64,000 nt of DNA, from NCBI GenBank assembly GCA_016937015.1, contig JAFGWT010000062.1, forward strand, positions 2,609 through 66,608, read 5' to 3'. A program made the position numbers and the translations under genes. Of the stretch, positions 37,313 to 47,606 are shown piece by piece. Each line of letters starts with the position of its first letter. Position 1 is the stretch's first letter. This DNA is from Deltaproteobacteria bacterium (GTDB lineage Bacteria; Myxococcota_A; Polyangia; JAAYKL01). The notes under the pieces are model-generated. The model made no database searches. It was not told the origin of the DNA and saw only the letters and a program-made list of their open reading frames with translations.

Positions 37313-40081
37313 TCACGCGGGCTGTTCAGACGCTAACTGTTCGTCCTCGGATGCTGCCAACTGGGCCGAAGCGACGGCATCGGCCGCATTTACGCTGCTC
37401 TGTTTAGCGTAGCTGTCATATCGCTCGCCAATCTGATCCACATTGACAATCAGTCCAACACGTCCGTCAGACAAAATGGCAGCCCCAGATACGAATCTGG
37501 TATTCTGCAAATTGTCCCCAAGTGTCTTGATAACAACCTGTTGCTGAGTGACGACCGAATCCACAAAAATGCCTATCCGTTGCCCAACCCCCTCAACCAC
37601 CACCACAATCCCTTCCGTTGGGTCGGTGATCGCCCCCTGAATGCTGAAAAGCTGAGACAACCGCAAGAACGGCATAATTTCACCGCGAACATTGATCAGC
37701 TCGCCGGATTCGGCGAAGGTCACGAACATATCCGGTGTCACCTGAATGGATTCGATAATGGACAGCGTGGGAATAATATACTGCTCCTTCCCGCAGGCAA
37801 CGAGCATTCCGTCAATAATGGCCAAAGTGAGCGGCAGTATCATTTTGAAAGTTGTTCCCTGACCAGGGCGACTTGTAATTGTGACCCTGCCTCGAAGTGC
37901 GTCAATTTTCTTTTTCACCACATCCATTCCAACGCCACGTCCAGAAATATCCGTGACTTTTTTGGCGGTGGAAAATCCCGGCTGAAAAATCAGCCCATAA
38001 ATATCTGATTCACTCAACAGACTTTCGTCCTTTATTAACCCGATATTTTTGGCTTTTGCAACAATCGCCTCCTTATCGAGTCCCTTTCCGTCATCAGACA
38101 GTTCAATAACCAATGCGCCGCCCTCGTGATATGCGGACAATCGAATCGTACCCGTTTCATCCTTTTTCTTTTTCAGCCGAACTTCCGGTTCTTCGACCCC
38201 GTGATCAACTGAATTACGAATCATATGAACAAGGGGATCCGAAATCTGCTCGACCATGCTGCGGTCAATTTCAGTCCCTTCCCCGGTCTGAACAAATCTG
38301 ATTTTTTTTGAACTTTTTCGTGACAGATCTCTAACCATTCTTGCCATTTTCTGAAAGACCCCACGAACTGGCACCATTCGCATTCGCATGCCAACGTCCT
38401 GAAGATCACGAGTGATTTTTGCCAGCTGACCTAGGTAGTTACGTACTCTGGGAGCATTTACGGTTGATATTTCGGGGGCATGCACCAGCATCGATTCAAC
38501 AATGACCAGCTCTCCGATCATCTCCACCAGATTGTCCACCCGTTCCAAATCCACCTTTACCGTTTCTCGTATTTTCTGTGTGCCAGATTGAATGGCGCGC
38601 TGTTGACTGCGCAGTGCCTGACTGACCTGCTTGGGCGTTGCAACCTCTGCTTCAATCAGTTCCTGCCCCAGCGGTTTACCTGTTTTCTTTTGATGTTCCA
38701 GTGCCCTTAGAATCGCATGGGGGGCAATAGACATGGGCGGCCGGGTTAAAATTTCACCCAGCCTGTCATCCATTGTGGCGTCGGGGAGGACTTCCTCCGC
38801 AACCGGCGCGCCCGCGAGGACTTTGTCAATCTTTCGCATTAGAATGCCGTGTTCAATTGGGATAAGCAGCGCGTTGCCGTTTTCGAGGCAGAGGCGAATA
38901 TCCTTGATTAAACCACGCATAATCGCAGTTGAGTCGAACACCAAATCCAGCACTGCGCCTTCCAATGAACGTTCACCTGCGCGTACTTTGTTTAGCAGAT
39001 TTTCTGTGCAATGCGCGAGTCTGGAAATGTCGTCCAGTTCCAGAAAGCCAGCCACACCTTTAATTGTATGAAATATTCGAAACAGGCCATTAACGGATTC
39101 CTCCGGAGCCCCTTCGGATTCAACATTAATCAGAATATCATCGGCCCGGGCGATGCCATCTTCGGTCTCCTGTACAAATTCCATAAGCAGTTCAAGCGTT
39201 TCCGCATCATGTGACAACGCCACATGCCGTACCCCGGAAACGTCAACCGAATCCGCACTGTCTGTGTCTCCGTCGCTCTCGTCCTCGGTAACAGAAGACA
39301 TTGGCTCTGCCCCACCCACTTTAATACTCGCCTGAAGCGCACAATCCAGTCTGAAGAGAATCTCAGCAGCGGCCGGGTCCGGCTTCAGCATCTGAGAGTA
39401 CTGTTCCATTGCACCGGAAATCCAATCCTTTACCAGCAGAAGTTCCTCTGTATGTGCGGTGATTTCCTTTTCCGCATCAAGGTAATCTTCCAGACCATGA
39501 CACATCCGCTCAAGGTCATTCAGTCCAAGGACGCCGGCTTCCCCTTTCATCGTGTGAATGGTGCGTTTCATACTGGCAATCAGGTCCGTCTTGCCATTTT
39601 CAATGCCAAGGATACATCCCTCAATCTCTTCAATCACGTGTTTCTGATTGGCCAGAAATTCACGGAACAAAGACTCGTCCACCCACTCGCTTAGCACCAG
39701 TTGCCCGGCATCATCATCAGAATTGAGCTCTCCGGTATTCGCTGCCGGAGGTGCCGACAACACATTCTGCAGGTGAGTGACGGCGTCAGTCAGCCGGTTC
39801 AATCCCCGCTCCGGATTTTTCAAAGATCCATCCAGCATCTTGTCACATGCGGTCTGACATCTTTTTATCGCCTTGCGCACGTCATCGGGGGTCTCCGAAT
39901 TCAGCAGTGCTTCAATTTCATTTAAAATACGGGCAATGGCATTAATGGAGTCGATGTCGCCCGCGTCTGCCATTAAAACGGTTCCTGCCAGCTGTTCTAC
40001 AGTATTTCGCAACGCTTGTGTGCTCATGGTTGAATCACTTCCCTCGGCATAATTGTGTAATCCTTGTTGTATCAGCGGCAT
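37313..40081 (-). CDS. cheA: Chemotaxis histidine kinase CheA with two Hpt (P1) domains
   Basis: Two Hpt motifs ('IHTMKGEAGVLGL' and 'FHTIKGVAGFLEL'), a dimerisation region, HATPase_c ('GGALVIELSDDGKGLD...GRGVGMDVV'), and a C-terminal CheW-like domain. Confidence 0.9.
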   Translation of the reverse strand: MPLIQQGLHNYAEGSDSTMSTQALRNTVEQLAGTVLMADAGDIDSINAIARILNEIEALLNSETPDDVRKAIKRCQTACDKMLDGSLKNPERGLNRLTDAVTHLQNVLSAPPAANTGELNSDDDAGQLVLSEWVDESLFREFLANQKHVIEEIEGCILGIENGKTDLIASMKRTIHTMKGEAGVLGLNDLERMCHGLEDYLDAEKEITAHTEELLLVKDWISGAMEQYSQMLKPDPAAAEILFRLDCALQASIKVGGAEPMSSVTEDESDGDTDSADSVDVSGVRHVALSHDAETLELLMEFVQETEDGIARADDILINVESEGAPEESVNGLFRIFHTIKGVAGFLELDDISRLAHCTENLLNKVRAGERSLEGAVLDLVFDSTAIMRGLIKDIRLCLENGNALLIPIEHGILMRKIDKVLAGAPVAEEVLPDATMDDRLGEILTRPPMSIAPHAILRALEHQKKTGKPLGQELIEAEVATPKQVSQALRSQQRAIQSGTQKIRETVKVDLERVDNLVEMIGELVIVESMLVHAPEISTVNAPRVRNYLGQLAKITRDLQDVGMRMRMVPVRGVFQKMARMVRDLSRKSSKKIRFVQTGEGTEIDRSMVEQISDPLVHMIRNSVDHGVEEPEVRLKKKKDETGTIRLSAYHEGGALVIELSDDGKGLDKEAIVAKAKNIGLIKDESLLSESDIYGLIFQPGFSTAKKVTDISGRGVGMDVVKKKIDALRGRVTITSRPGQGTTFKMILPLTLAIIDGMLVACGKEQYIIPTLSIIESIQVTPDMFVTFAESGELINVRGEIMPFLRLSQLFSIQGAITDPTEGIVVVVEGVGQRIGIFVDSVVTQQQVVIKTLGDNLQNTRFVSGAAILSDGRVGLIVNVDQIGERYDSYAKQSSVNAADAVASAQLAASEDEQLASEQPA

Positions 40082-40163
40082 TCGTCAGGAAAAGTTAATA
40101 TTGGATTGCTATTTTCTTATTAAATAAAAATGACGTCGGACGTAGTCATCACTGAAAACATCT

Positions 40164-41573
40164 TTGATCCAATATTTTTCGATAGGAGAGCTCAAATTGA
40201 AGGGAACTGTTCTTATTGTTGACGATCAGCAGGAATACGCCAGATTTTTGAACACATTGCTGAAAAAATTCGGATTTCAAACGAGAGTGGAGCACAGTGC
40301 CGCGGATGCCCGGCTGGCAATGAACCAGTTTTGTCCGGATGTGGTACTGATGGACAAAAATCTACCCGACGCGGATGGCATCGAGTTGGTGGCCGAGCTG
40401 AAAAACAGCCATCCCACAACTCAGTTTATTGTCATTACAGGGCACGCGACAATCAAGAGCGCAGTACTCAGCGCCCAACGCGGTGCAATCGATTATCTTT
40501 CCAAACCTTGCGAAATTGAAGAGGTCCTGCTGGCGGTTGATAATGCAATGAACAAGAAGCAGATGAACGAAGAAATTCAATTGCTTCGTTCAGTCGGCAC
40601 ACGGACCAGCATCCCGGCACAGTCGGGAGACACTCAGCCGGCGCGCACTGCAGCGATGAAAAAGGCCATGACCCTTGCGCAGCGGGCAGCGGGCCAAAAA
40701 GGACCAGTATTGCTTGTTGGCGAAAACGGCAGTGGGAAAGAACGGCTGGCGCGATGGATTCATGCCAACTCTGCAAGAACATCCGGCCCATTTTTTTCAA
40801 TCAACCTGGCGGCGTTGAATCAGCAAAAGGCTGAGATTGAACTGTTTGGCCATGAGCCTGGTGCCTATGGAAACGCACAAAGCCGAAAAAAAGGGTTACT
40901 GGAACTGGGAGACACCGGCACCCTGCTTATAAATGAAATTGAAAGCATGGATATGCCGCTTCAGGCGAAGCTGCTCAATTATCTGGAAACAAAATCCATC
41001 ATGAGGCTGGGCGGGGAAAGTCTTGTTCCCATTGACACGCGTATCATTGTTGCCAGTAAAGCACTTCTTGATGAAATGGTGACCACAGGAAATTTTATGG
41101 AGGATTTGTACTACCGCATCAATGTGTTACCTATTCATTTACCCCCATTAAGAACTCGGAAAAGTGAAATAATTTCGCTGGCCAGGGAAATTCTTGAAAA
41201 CCTCTCCACCGATCTTGGACTCGCTTCACGGCCGACATTGACCCGGGAAGCCTCTGAAAAACTCATGCATTATCATTGGCCAGGCAATATTCGAGAGCTC
41301 AGAAACGTACTGGAGCGAACGCTGATGCTGGGCCACGACAAGGTCATTGACGCGTCCGATCTGCCACTCTCATCCGATGCTGAGGGAAGCTGGCACATCA
41401 CTGTCCCATTCCCCCAGAATGAAACCCTGCACGATGTCACACGGGCCGTTACCAGACAACTGATAGAAGAAGCGCTCCATCGCGGAAAAACCAAACAGGA
41501 AGCAGCCCGACTTTTAGGTCTGTCAAGACACGCCCTCGCGCATCAAATGAAGGCGCTTGACATGTTCTCCTGA
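40164..41573 (+). CDS. Sigma-54-dependent two-component response regulator (NtrC family)
   Basis: Receiver domain ('VLIVDDQQEY...VLMDKNLPDADG'), AAA+ sigma-54 domain ('GENGSGKERLARWIH', 'EDLYYRI'), and C-terminal HTH ('AARLLGLSRHAL'). Confidence 0.85.
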   Translation: MIQYFSIGELKLKGTVLIVDDQQEYARFLNTLLKKFGFQTRVEHSAADARLAMNQFCPDVVLMDKNLPDADGIELVAELKNSHPTTQFIVITGHATIKSAVLSAQRGAIDYLSKPCEIEEVLLAVDNAMNKKQMNEEIQLLRSVGTRTSIPAQSGDTQPARTAAMKKAMTLAQRAAGQKGPVLLVGENGSGKERLARWIHANSARTSGPFFSINLAALNQQKAEIELFGHEPGAYGNAQSRKKGLLELGDTGTLLINEIESMDMPLQAKLLNYLETKSIMRLGGESLVPIDTRIIVASKALLDEMVTTGNFMEDLYYRINVLPIHLPPLRTRKSEIISLAREILENLSTDLGLASRPTLTREASEKLMHYHWPGNIRELRNVLERTLMLGHDKVIDASDLPLSSDAEGSWHITVPFPQNETLHDVTRAVTRQLIEEALHRGKTKQEAARLLGLSRHALAHQMKALDMFS

Positions 41574-41663
41574 GTTCAGCATCCACACCTTCAGCGATTT
41601 GGTCAGCATGTGAAGCGATATTCAGGAAATCAAATCAGACAACACGTGGTCAATTTTTACCTA

Positions 41664-41795
41664 AGCGTTAAAATCACGCATATACGGGATACGGCGACCT
41701 GAAGAATTCCGGGTTTGCGCGACTGCCAATTTTTCGCTGCGTGCAAATCACGCACTTTTTTCCACATTTCAACTCACCAGCGTGAAAATCACTCG
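41664..41795 (+). promoter_or_regulatory. Three tandem dyad-symmetric sites (GCGTG-N5-CACGC family), candidate enhancer/UAS for a sigma-54 activator
   Basis: 'aGCGTTaaaatCACGCA' (41664-41680), perfect palindrome 'TGCGTGcaaatCACGCA' (41738-41754), and 'aGCGTGaaaatCACTCG' (41779-41795). All lie 240-370 bp upstream of the -24/-12 element. Confidence 0.45.
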
Positions 41796-42027
41796 TCCAT
41801 GTGCCCTATATGCGCGAGATTCAAACAGGTATTCCTTTACCCGGGTAATGGTCGATTCAAACCTGATTTTTCGATATTGCAACCCGAAATGGGCCGGTAC
41901 TCCTTAGCATCATCCCAGTAATCCAGCGAACTCAACTATCTCAAGAGATTGAAAATATTATACAAATCCAAAAGAAGCGCAATCAGTGGCAAATCCTGGG
42001 AGATAATAAAACGGTTATCGGGCGTGA

Positions 42028-42046
42028 ATAGGCATCAATCCTGCAA
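42028..42046 (+). promoter_or_regulatory. Candidate sigma-54 (-24/-12) promoter for the activator gene at 42100
   Basis: 'aGGCATcaatccTGCAa': GG and GC elements with the canonical 10-nt spacing, ~55 nt upstream of the start codon. Confidence 0.4.
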
Positions 42047-42099
42047 AAGAACCTTGCAGCCTGATTGTTGTAGTCGGGATTATTTTGGAGGAACAACCC

Positions 42100-43092
42100 A
42101 TGACAACCCAGAACGACTTTAGCTCGGAGATAATCGGAAACTCAACTGCACTTCTATCTGTACTAAAAAAAGCCAAACAGGTTGCTCCTACGGACTGCAC
42201 CGTACTGATAACGGGTGAGACCGGCACTGGAAAGGAACTGCTGGCGCGCGGACTTCATATGAGCAGCAACAGGAAGGACAAACCCTTTGTTGCCGTCAAT
42301 TGCGCCGCCCTGTCCAAAGATCTGCTCGAAAGTGAACTATTCGGCCACGTTCAGGGCGCGTTCACCAGCGCCATGCGAAATCGTGAAGGACGCTTTCAAA
42401 TCGCCGATGGCGGGACCATTTTCCTTGATGAAATTGGTGAACTGCCGCTGGATCTTCAGGGAAAACTGCTTAGAGTGCTGCAATTCAAGGAATTTTCGGC
42501 GGTAGGCGAATCAAGAGTCAGACACGTGGACGTTAGAATCATTGCGGCGACAAACGCCAATCTGCTTCACGCTGCAAACGCTGGTCATTTCAGGCAGGAT
42601 CTTTATTATCGTTTAAACGTAATTCAATTGAAACTGCCGTCTCTAAAGGAACGCCCCGGCGACATCAAGGATTTGTGCGACCATTTTATCAACAAAGCGT
42701 CAAGACGATATAACAAACCGCTCGTTGCATTAAGTGATGCCGCTTTAAAGCAAATTACCGCTCACCACTGGCCCGGTAACATTCGGGAGCTCGAAAACGC
42801 AATGGAACATGCTGTTCTAATCGGCATTGAATCAGAGATACAGGTAGAGGATCTGCCCTTCTTCGATGAAACGAATGCAGAGACAATGGTGGATTTCATC
42901 CGGCCGCTTACGGACGAAGGTCTGAACCTTCAAAATACACTGCGAAACATTGAAGCGCATTACATTCAGGCAGCTCTTGATTACACGGACGGAAACAAAA
43001 ACCAGGCCGCGACTCTGTTGGGACTCAATCGCACAACTCTTGTCGAAAAAATCAAACGCGGCTTGCCCGATAATCTGTCAAACGTGGGTTAG
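42100..43092 (+). CDS. Sigma-54-dependent transcriptional activator without receiver domain (AAA+ plus Fis-type HTH)
   Basis: 'GETGTGKELLARGLH', 'GAFTSA', 'RQDLYYRL', and C-terminal 'AATLLGLNRTTL'. GGAGG lies 8 nt upstream of the ATG at 42100; the ORF-track TTG start at 42085 is less likely. Confidence 0.85.
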   Translation: MTTQNDFSSEIIGNSTALLSVLKKAKQVAPTDCTVLITGETGTGKELLARGLHMSSNRKDKPFVAVNCAALSKDLLESELFGHVQGAFTSAMRNREGRFQIADGGTIFLDEIGELPLDLQGKLLRVLQFKEFSAVGESRVRHVDVRIIAATNANLLHAANAGHFRQDLYYRLNVIQLKLPSLKERPGDIKDLCDHFINKASRRYNKPLVALSDAALKQITAHHWPGNIRELENAMEHAVLIGIESEIQVEDLPFFDETNAETMVDFIRPLTDEGLNLQNTLRNIEAHYIQAALDYTDGNKNQAATLLGLNRTTLVEKIKRGLPDNLSNVG

Positions 43093-43388
43093 CCTGGGGA
43101 TTCCTGCAAGACCGCCGCACGGTTCCATCGTCAATATTCACTGCATTTCGCTGTCAACAAACTGACGTTGAGTCTTAATTATGTCATGATGTCGACGGCG
43201 CAGGATGGCAGGTTAGAACTACCCAGGTTACAGTACACCCGTTTTCATACCCAAATTTTTTTGAGACGAAATCTTTGCGCCCGCTCACTGAATAACCGTA
43301 CAAATGATTTAAACGCAACCAAACAAATCGGTTGAGCGCACAGAGATTCTGATGTCTCGTGCGTTCATTGCAACTGAAGGAGGTCTGT

Positions 43389-46055
43389 ATGCGTACGCTG
43401 TGCGTCTTTTTACTGACTGGGACGTTAATTTATGTAACGGCATGCAAGAGCAACAATTCAAACAACGATACCGACATCTCATCGGATTCCACAAGTGGAA
43501 GTGACTCGGATAGTTCGATTTCGATTGATTCAGATTCATATTCAGATTCAGATTCAGATTACGATTCTCAGGATAGCGGCAGTTCGGATTCGGATACGGT
43601 GCAATCCGATACGGAAATACTCACCGCGGGCGTTGTCGAACTGCTGCCAATCGATGATTTCGATGATGGCACCATTACCAACGCGGTAAACGGCACATGG
43701 GTGGCCTACGATGACAGCAATGAAGGTGGGGACTCACATGTTTGGCCCGTATCGATATTCGATGGTGGTGTTTTCGAACTCAGTTCTCCTGGATTTGGCG
43801 GTACAGGTTACGCGGCGCGAATGACAGGAACCACAGGAGATGTATTTGGATGGGACTACGTGGGGATGTTTACCAGTCTTCATCCTGATGCATTATGTCC
43901 ACTGGCTCACCCATCGGAAATTGATTTGGCTCAGTTTGACGGCATTCAGTTCATGGCCAAAGGCAGTGCTTCGCCGGGACAGCTTGTGGTCAAATTGCCC
44001 CACAAGCTTGATGGCGCCGAAAACAACTGTACCGAAAATCCATATGCGGCCAATTCACTGACCCGGTATGGTGACTACGAAACCGATTTTTACACAAAGC
44101 TCACTGACGAATGGACCCTCATCAGATTGCCATTTTCGAAGTTCAATCAACCATCATGGGCGCCTTCGGTATTTCTGTCAGATGTCCTGACGCACCTAAA
44201 GGAGTTGGGTTGGGAATACGAAGTCCCCAACGGGGAAGTGGATTTGTGGATTGACAATCTGTCCTTTTATAAGGCGGCGCCAGATCCCAGTGATGTCTAT
44301 CCACGATCTGTTCTCGATGACACCCAGCAGATTCCTTTGGCAGCGTTCGCGAATCCGGAAGGCTCAGCAACATCAACTGACACAACTGTATCTGAGCAGG
44401 AATTTTCGGTGGCGAGACGGGTGCAAATCATCAGTGAACCACAGATGCTCTGGGATGTAATGTTGTATGGGCAAAACAGTACGCCAATCAGTCGAGAGGA
44501 CTTACTGTATCTTGAATTCAGTGCACGCTGTATTACCCCGCCGGAAGGTAGCGACACCTGCCACACCACCTTCCTGTTTCAGGAGAACAAAAGTCCCTAT
44601 ACCCATTCTGCGGTGGTTCCGGTTTCGATTGGCAGTGAGTGGCAAAAAGTCACCTGGCCATTTCTATCCAAACAATCGTACGACGTGAATGAAACAGATA
44701 TTGGATTCTTTCTCGGATATACGCCTCAAACCGTTGAATTTGGTGGCATAAAACTCACTAACCTTGGGCACACTGCAAAAATTGACGATTTTCCCAAAAC
44801 GGAGATCACATACGATGGGCGTGCACCGGATGCATCATGGCGGACAGAGGCGATGGCCCGGATTGAACAGATTCGAAAAGGCGATATGGTTATTAGCGTT
44901 AAAGACGCCAACGGTGAACCAGTATCCGGCGCAACGATTGACTTGCGGCAAAGCAGACATCAGTTTGGATTTGGCACTGCCATTAATGCATATGATCTGA
45001 AAAATACCCTCACAGGCGAAAATCTGAACCGATATGAATCCAGTATCTCCGAGCTGTTCAACACTGTGGTGTTGGAAAATGCGCTCAAGTGGCCCCAGAT
45101 TGACGGCACCATGGGAGAGCAAATCGGTATCCCGCTGGCACAGTGGGGGATTGACTGGGCAACACAAAGCAGTTTGTCAGTGCGCGGACACGTACTTGTT
45201 TGGCCTGGATGGTCCAATGTACCGTCCCGGCTAAAAAGGGAGTATGAGAGCCAATTGAACGACAACGGTGAGGAAATTGCGCGGGCGTGGCTGCAGACAG
45301 AAATCGAAACACATATTCGTCAAACAGTTGCGCATTTCAAAGGACAGATGGTGCACTGGGATGTGGTAAATGAACCATTCGACAACCATGACCTGACCGA
45401 TATTGTGGGCATGACCGGCATGTCAAAATGGTTTCAGGCCGCAAGGGAAGCAGACCCGGATGCCAAACTGTTTATCAATGAGTACAGCATTCTGGCGCAA
45501 AAAACCACCAACAGTGCCAGTCGGGAAAATCTGTATCGCACGGTCGCCACTCTAATTGACGACGGCGCACCGCTGGACGGCATCGGGTTTCAGGCCCACT
45601 TCGATGAGGACCTTGCTTCACCCGACAGAATTTACGACATTCTGGATCAGTTTGCGGTATTCAATAAGGAGATATGGATTTCCGAGTTTGATTTTCCCAA
45701 AATCGACCCCGCGCTTGCGGCAGATTATACCAGAGATTTTCTAACTGTTATTTTCAGCCATCCTTCGGTTGAAGGCATGATGATGTGGGGGTTCTGGGAT
45801 GGTAATCACTACGGAAATTCCGCGCCAATATACGACGATCAGTGGAATGAAAAGCCGTCTGGGCAGGTTTACAGGGATTTGGTGTTCAATCAATGGCACA
45901 CCTCAGACACCGGATTAACGACAGCAGAGGGCATGTATACCTCCCGTGCGTTTTTTGGTGACTACGAGATTACAGTAACGATTGGGGAAAGCGCAACGTC
46001 TCGCAACATCAGCTTTGCAAAGGAAAGTGCCGGAACAATCGAAATCACGATTTAA
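43389..46055 (+). CDS. Lipoprotein glycoside hydrolase family 10 (endo-1,4-beta-xylanase-like) with N-terminal Ser/Asp linker and CBM-like domains
   Basis: Lipobox 'YVTAC' and GGAGG RBS. Ser/Asp-rich linker, CBM4_9-like middle region, and GH10 catalytic motifs 'HWDVVNEPF' (acid/base) and 'IWISEFDF' (nucleophile). Confidence 0.8.
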   Translation: MRTLCVFLLTGTLIYVTACKSNNSNNDTDISSDSTSGSDSDSSISIDSDSYSDSDSDYDSQDSGSSDSDTVQSDTEILTAGVVELLPIDDFDDGTITNAVNGTWVAYDDSNEGGDSHVWPVSIFDGGVFELSSPGFGGTGYAARMTGTTGDVFGWDYVGMFTSLHPDALCPLAHPSEIDLAQFDGIQFMAKGSASPGQLVVKLPHKLDGAENNCTENPYAANSLTRYGDYETDFYTKLTDEWTLIRLPFSKFNQPSWAPSVFLSDVLTHLKELGWEYEVPNGEVDLWIDNLSFYKAAPDPSDVYPRSVLDDTQQIPLAAFANPEGSATSTDTTVSEQEFSVARRVQIISEPQMLWDVMLYGQNSTPISREDLLYLEFSARCITPPEGSDTCHTTFLFQENKSPYTHSAVVPVSIGSEWQKVTWPFLSKQSYDVNETDIGFFLGYTPQTVEFGGIKLTNLGHTAKIDDFPKTEITYDGRAPDASWRTEAMARIEQIRKGDMVISVKDANGEPVSGATIDLRQSRHQFGFGTAINAYDLKNTLTGENLNRYESSISELFNTVVLENALKWPQIDGTMGEQIGIPLAQWGIDWATQSSLSVRGHVLVWPGWSNVPSRLKREYESQLNDNGEEIARAWLQTEIETHIRQTVAHFKGQMVHWDVVNEPFDNHDLTDIVGMTGMSKWFQAAREADPDAKLFINEYSILAQKTTNSASRENLYRTVATLIDDGAPLDGIGFQAHFDEDLASPDRIYDILDQFAVFNKEIWISEFDFPKIDPALAADYTRDFLTVIFSHPSVEGMMMWGFWDGNHYGNSAPIYDDQWNEKPSGQVYRDLVFNQWHTSDTGLTTAEGMYTSRAFFGDYEITVTIGESATSRNISFAKESAGTIEITI
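43527..43568 (+). repeat. Imperfect (GATTCA)7 hexanucleotide microsatellite inside the GH10 gene, encoding the (DS)n linker
   Basis: 'gattca gattca tattca gattca gattca gattac gattct', read directly from the sequence. Confidence 0.8.
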
Positions 46056-47606
46056 TCACGTGGCACATGAGCCGGTCGTTCGATTCACCAACTCGAGCAA
46101 TAATCGAATATCCACGTTTTCGCCAACAACTCTCGCCAGGTTGTCATACGCAGCGGTGTGGGTAGCAGAGATGCCGAGCGTATCACCGAGCGTATCAAAT
46201 GAAGTCGAAACGGGTTGAGGCAACGAAAACAGATCAGGACGCACCTTGGCGATATAAGTGTCCAAAAAGATCTGACTGTCAAAAATACCGTGGAGATATG
46301 TTCCAAAGATGTGCCCATTCGCCGATATGACGCCATCGGTCTGGCCAGAATCTTCGAACTGAATGGCGTGATTTACCTCACCGGTTGCAGCCGTTTGTCC
46401 ATGGTGAATTTCATACCCCCAAACCGGCGTCCCGTCTGGCAGCCACGTCCCTTTCTGAAGACGAAGCTGCTTTTCTTCAGCCAGCACGGTCACCACATTC
46501 AACAATCCAAGTCCCGCCACCTCTTTTTCGTGCCCTTCCACGCCGTGCGGATCTTCCACACGATCCCCCAGTATCTGATACCCGCCGCATATTCCGACAA
46601 GATGCCCACCATCCTGGGCGTATGTTTTTATTTTGTCTGACAATCCAACCTGTTTAAGCCACTGTAAATCACCACACACATTTTTGGTGCCAGGCAATAT
46701 GACAACGTCATATTTTGAAAGCGTCTGGTTCCGTCTGACATAGGTAACCCGGATGTCCCTGTGCTTTTCGAGAGGCGCAAAATCAGTGAAATTTGAAATA
46801 TGAGGCAAATGGATCACCGCAATTGACACGACACTCGACTTACCACAGTTGTCCGCTTCGAACGAATCAAGCACGACCGCATCCTCGCTATCCACTCCAA
46901 TATCGTGGATATAAGGAATAATACCAAGCACCGGCAATCCCGTTCGCTGTTCTATAAAGTCAACTCCGTCCCTGAAGAGTGAAGCATCACCTCTGAATCG
47001 ATTGATAATCACCCCAACGACATGTTTTCGTTCCTCAACGGACAACAATTCCAGAGTACCAATGATCTGTGCAAATACACCGCCTCTGTCAATATCCGCA
47101 ACAAGAATTACCCGTGCATTTGCTGCGGTAACCATTGCAAAATTAACAAAATCCCTGGGTTTCAGATTCACTTCAGCGCAGGATCCCGCGCCTTCCATCA
47201 CCACCATCTCATACTTATCCCGAAGGCGTTCCAATGCATCAATCGATATCTGCTTCAAATCCCCCGTGCGCTGGCCGTATGCCACAGCGGAACTTTCGCC
47301 TACCGCTTTCCCCAATACCACCACCTGGGCGCCAACATTGCTGACCGGTTTTAGCAATACCGGATTCATATCCACATGTGGCAGCACCCCGGCCGCCTCA
47401 GCCTGCACGACCTGAGCACGTCCGATTTCACCCCACTCGCCATTATGCCCCTTCACAACATATGAATTATTGGACATATTCTGAGCCTTAAACGGAGCGA
47501 CAGATATACCCATATCTCGAAAAATTCGACAAAGCGCTGTGACGACAACACTTTTACCGACGTCAGACGCCGTGCCGAGTACACTGATGCATGTTGCCTT
47601 TTTCAT
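46056..47606 (-). CDS. cobQ: Cobyric acid synthase
   Basis: 'MKKATCISVLGTASDVGKSVVVTALCRIFRDMGISVAPFKAQNMSNNS' and a C-terminal GATase domain. The start ATG overlaps the cobS stop. Confidence 0.9.
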   Translation of the reverse strand: MKKATCISVLGTASDVGKSVVVTALCRIFRDMGISVAPFKAQNMSNNSYVVKGHNGEWGEIGRAQVVQAEAAGVLPHVDMNPVLLKPVSNVGAQVVVLGKAVGESSAVAYGQRTGDLKQISIDALERLRDKYEMVVMEGAGSCAEVNLKPRDFVNFAMVTAANARVILVADIDRGGVFAQIIGTLELLSVEERKHVVGVIINRFRGDASLFRDGVDFIEQRTGLPVLGIIPYIHDIGVDSEDAVVLDSFEADNCGKSSVVSIAVIHLPHISNFTDFAPLEKHRDIRVTYVRRNQTLSKYDVVILPGTKNVCGDLQWLKQVGLSDKIKTYAQDGGHLVGICGGYQILGDRVEDPHGVEGHEKEVAGLGLLNVVTVLAEEKQLRLQKGTWLPDGTPVWGYEIHHGQTAATGEVNHAIQFEDSGQTDGVISANGHIFGTYLHGIFDSQIFLDTYIAKVRPDLFSLPQPVSTSFDTLGDTLGISATHTAAYDNLARVVGENVDIRLLLELVNRTTGSCAT

